Source: Mobula hypostoma | Taxonomy: Eukaryota | Direction: 5' to 3' | NCBI RefSeq assembly: GCF_963921235.1 | Contig: NC_086115.1 | Span: 17,670,001 to 17,734,000 of the forward strand | Length of the DNA stretch: 64,000 bases | In this document: one piece after another, positions 60,933-64,000 of the stretch | Numbering within the stretch: position 1 is the stretch's first letter | Layout: the number at the start of each line of letters is the position of its first letter | Notes under the pieces: generated by a model | The model's database searches: none | What the model saw: the letters and a program-made list of their open reading frames with translations, nothing else | Told to the model about the DNA's origin: nothing | Program-made: the position numbers and the translations under genes

Positions 60933-62060
60933 ACCTAATCAGTAGACTAAGAGACTTGGGTCTCAATACCCCCTTGTGCAATAGGATCCTGGATTTCCTG
61001 ACTTGCAGACCCCAGTCAGTTTGGATTAGCAAATCATCTCCTCCACAGTCTCCATCAGCACAGGTGTGCCATAAGGCTGCTCTGCTCGCCTCGCTTTACA
61101 CCTATGACTGTGTGGCTAAGTACAACCCCTACACCATATACACATTTGCTGATGACACCACTGCTGTGGGCCGTATCAAAGGTGGGGAAACAAACAGATG
61201 GGAGTTTGAAAATTTGGCTGAGTGGTGTCATCACAACAACCTCTTACTCAATGTCAGCAAGACCAAGGAACTGATTGTAGACTTCAGGAGAGGGAAACCA
61301 GAGGTCCATAAGTCAGTACTCATCAAAGGATCCTAGGTGGAGAGGGTCAGTAATTTTAAATTCTCGGTGTCACTATCTCAGAGGACCGCTCCTAGACAAA
61401 TCACATAAATATAATTGCGAAGAAAACACAACAGCATCTCTACTTCCTTAGGAGTCTGCAGAGATTCCACATCTCATCAGAAAAACTCTGAAAAACATAT
61501 ATAGGTGTGTGCTGGAAAGTGTATTGACTGGCTGCATTATAGCCTGTTACGGGGACACCAACGCCTTTAAGTGGAAAATCCTATAAAAGGTGGGCCCAGT
61601 ACATTACGGGTAAAGGCCTCCCAACTATTGAGCTCTACATGAAACGTTGCCGTAGAAAAGCAGCATCATCAATAAAGATCCTCATCACCCAGGCCATGCT
61701 CTTTTCTCACTGCTGACATCAGGTAGAAGGTACCGGTGCCTCAGGACTTGCACCACCAGGTTCAATAATGGTTACTACCCCCCAGCAATCAGGCTCTTGA
61801 ACAAAAGGAGATAACTACACCCATTCTATTTCTGTTGTTCCCGCAACCAATGGTCTCACTTGAATGATTCTTTATCGTGTTATTTCATACTGGTTATTTA
61901 TTGCTATTTATTTTTATTTGCATTTGCAGAGTTTGTTGTTCATTGATCCTGTTTACAGTTACTGTTCTATAGATTTACTGAGTATGCCCTCAGGAAAAAG
62001 AATCTCAGGGTTGTATGTGGCAACATGATTGTACTCTAATAATAAATTATACTTTGAACT
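60933..62060 (+). mobile_element. Rex1/Babar LINE fragment
   Basis: LGLNTPLCNRILDFLT, SLYTYDC, FADDT, WCHHNNLLLNVSKTKELIVDFR; the tail is at about 62040-62060. Confidence 0.88.
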
Positions 62061-64000
62061 TGGTGGGTGACTGGAATGTGCTACCTGAATGATGGTGGAC
62101 ACTCTTATTTAGGCTCATGGATGAGTGGGAAATGGAAGGATATGGACATAGAGTAGGCAGAAGGGAGTGGTTTAGTTGGGCATTTGATTACTAATTTAAT
62201 CGGTTCGGTACAACATGGTGGGCCGAAGGGCCCATTCCTGTGTTGCACAGATCTATGTTCTATTGTGAGTTTTCGAAGTATAGTCAATGCTGTCACGTAT
62301 GAGAAGCAGTCAGAGGGCACATAGCACAAATGGTGAAGTGACGATTTGTCACCAGCATTGGCTAAGGAACACATATTGGTTAGGGCATTGGGAAAAGTGC
62401 TCTGCTCATCAAGTGGTGCAGCATTGTTCCAATACACTTCCTGTAACGATGCGGCGTTCTCTCCGTACTACCCCTCTGACACAGTAGAAGCGCTCCTTCA
62501 GTACCTGACAGGGTGGATGTGGAGAGGAGTTTGTTCTTGTAGGAGAATCGAGATCTTAGGTTACTGTTATTAAAATAAGGGATTGCCCAGAAGAGAGTCA
62601 TGAGCCAATTTTTTTCTCATGGGTTCAGAGGAAAGGAGGGCTGAGAATGGATGCAGAGGTATATAGAACAGCCTCTGTGATAGTTTGAAGTAGAAACGGG
62701 AGCCACTCACTCACAGAAAATTAAAACACAGAAAGAATTAGTCAACCTCTCAAGCCCGATACTGCCTGAGTTAGTTTTGGCATTGACAAGAGGAAGAGTG
62801 TGTAACTCACTGGAGCACAGCGTCTGGTTCAAAGTCAGAGTAATATAGCACAGAAAGAGACCTTTCAGCCCAATTGGCCCATGCTGGCCACACCATCCTC
62901 CCTGCAAGTCCCTGTAGCCTGTGTTCAGCCCATAGCATCAAGCCCTTCCAAATTCTGCAGTTGTACCCTCCTAGACACTTCCTCTGGCAAATCATTCCAA
63001 ACACTACCCTCTCAAGTTTCTTTTAAATTTCTCTCCTTGAATCTTGTATCCATGCCCTTTGGCTTTGGACTCTCCAACCCTGGGAAAAAAGACAATGTCC
63101 GTCCACTTTATCCATAACCCTCATGATTTTATAAACTTCTAAGAGGCCACCCCTCATTCTCTTGTGCTCCAGGGAATAAAGATCCATCATGGCCAACCTC
63201 TCCTCATAGGTCAGCCCTCTACGACTAGTCAACCATGTTGGATTACTCCTGGATACATCCGTACATTTTTGTGTGTGGTTCACACACAAGTTATAGAAAG
63301 AACCATAGAAACTCGATGGTCAGGGAATAAAAAAGCTAAAGAGGAACAGAATTAAGCATTGATCTGAAACATTAACTCAGCTTCCTTCTCTCTGCTGGGT
63401 ATTTCCTGTATTTTTTATTGTTATTGCCAAAGAGGAACTAAATTAAGGAGCAACGTACAATCTGCTGGAGGAATTCAGCAAGTCAAGCTGCATTTGTGGT
63501 GGGGAAGGAATTGTTGACATTTCAGATCAAAACCCTGCATTAGGACTAAGAGTGGAGTGGGCAGAAGGAGTGTTGGGGGAGGAGCTGGTGGGCGAAATAT
63601 GTGGATGGACACAAAATTTGAACATTGAATTTCAGGTAGCTATCACCTCTTGTGTTCCCACATCCTCCTTTGAGACTCATCTTGTTCTCTATTTTTGTCT
63701 TCTTTCATATCCCCTGCCATCACCACCTATTTTTATCCAGCCCCCTCCCCCAGATTCATTGCTTTCCCACACACGCATTTTACCCACTGGTTTCAGTTCC
63801 ATCTACCCTTCACTTCTCTCCCCTTCAGTTCCCATATCACTTTCCATACATCAGATTCCAGCACTTCTCGTTCGTCTTTATCTCCCTGCAGCCTCTGTCT
63901 CCTCCTACATCCTCCCCTCCTCCTTTTAGCTCCATCTTCCTTTCTTCTTTGTGTGCCTTATCTATTGCCCACTAGCCTCTCTCTCCCCACTCCACTCCTC

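Noticed and set aside
58965-64000. Further CFAP43 exons
   Set aside because: I found no segment with a suitable phase and CFAP43-like translation. The region is mostly TE fragments, so exon 5 is probably beyond the window.

Overview
This is vertebrate nuclear DNA, most likely a cartilaginous fish (ray or shark). That call is an inference from the CR1/HER1-like LINEs, HE1-like V-SINEs, Penelope, Rex-Babar and Tx1 content. Three host genes lie in the same order as the human 10q25 block. (1) ITPRIP (+) has a likely non-coding exon 1 in a CpG island near 6.1 kb and a single coding exon at 9814-11382 (522 aa, Mab-21/cGAS-like fold). (2) One complete omega-class glutathione S-transferase (-) has six coding exons at 37247-37223, 32096-31988, 30768-30546, 30436-30335, 19280-19174 and 17118-16965 (720 nt, 239 aa, active site CPFS). 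(3) The 5' part of CFAP43 (+) has coding exons at 49116-49144, 51883-52136, 55195-55291 and 58797-58964 and an RFX X-box promoter. Most of the remaining sequence is nested transposable elements: CR1, L1, Tx1, Rex-Babar, Penelope, a solo LTR, mariner/Tc1/hAT relics and several SINE families. Most long ORFs in the ORF track are TE-derived or antisense shadows. I cannot support a wholly new multi-gene system. The best leads are dispersed minimal hammerhead ribozyme motifs on Penelope termini with a ribozyme-less hairpin derivative, a CORE/RTE-tail SINE with a non-tRNA-looking head, a 44-bp DR1/CCAAT array in GSTO intron 2, a clean twin-primed L1, and the single CPFS-type GSTO.
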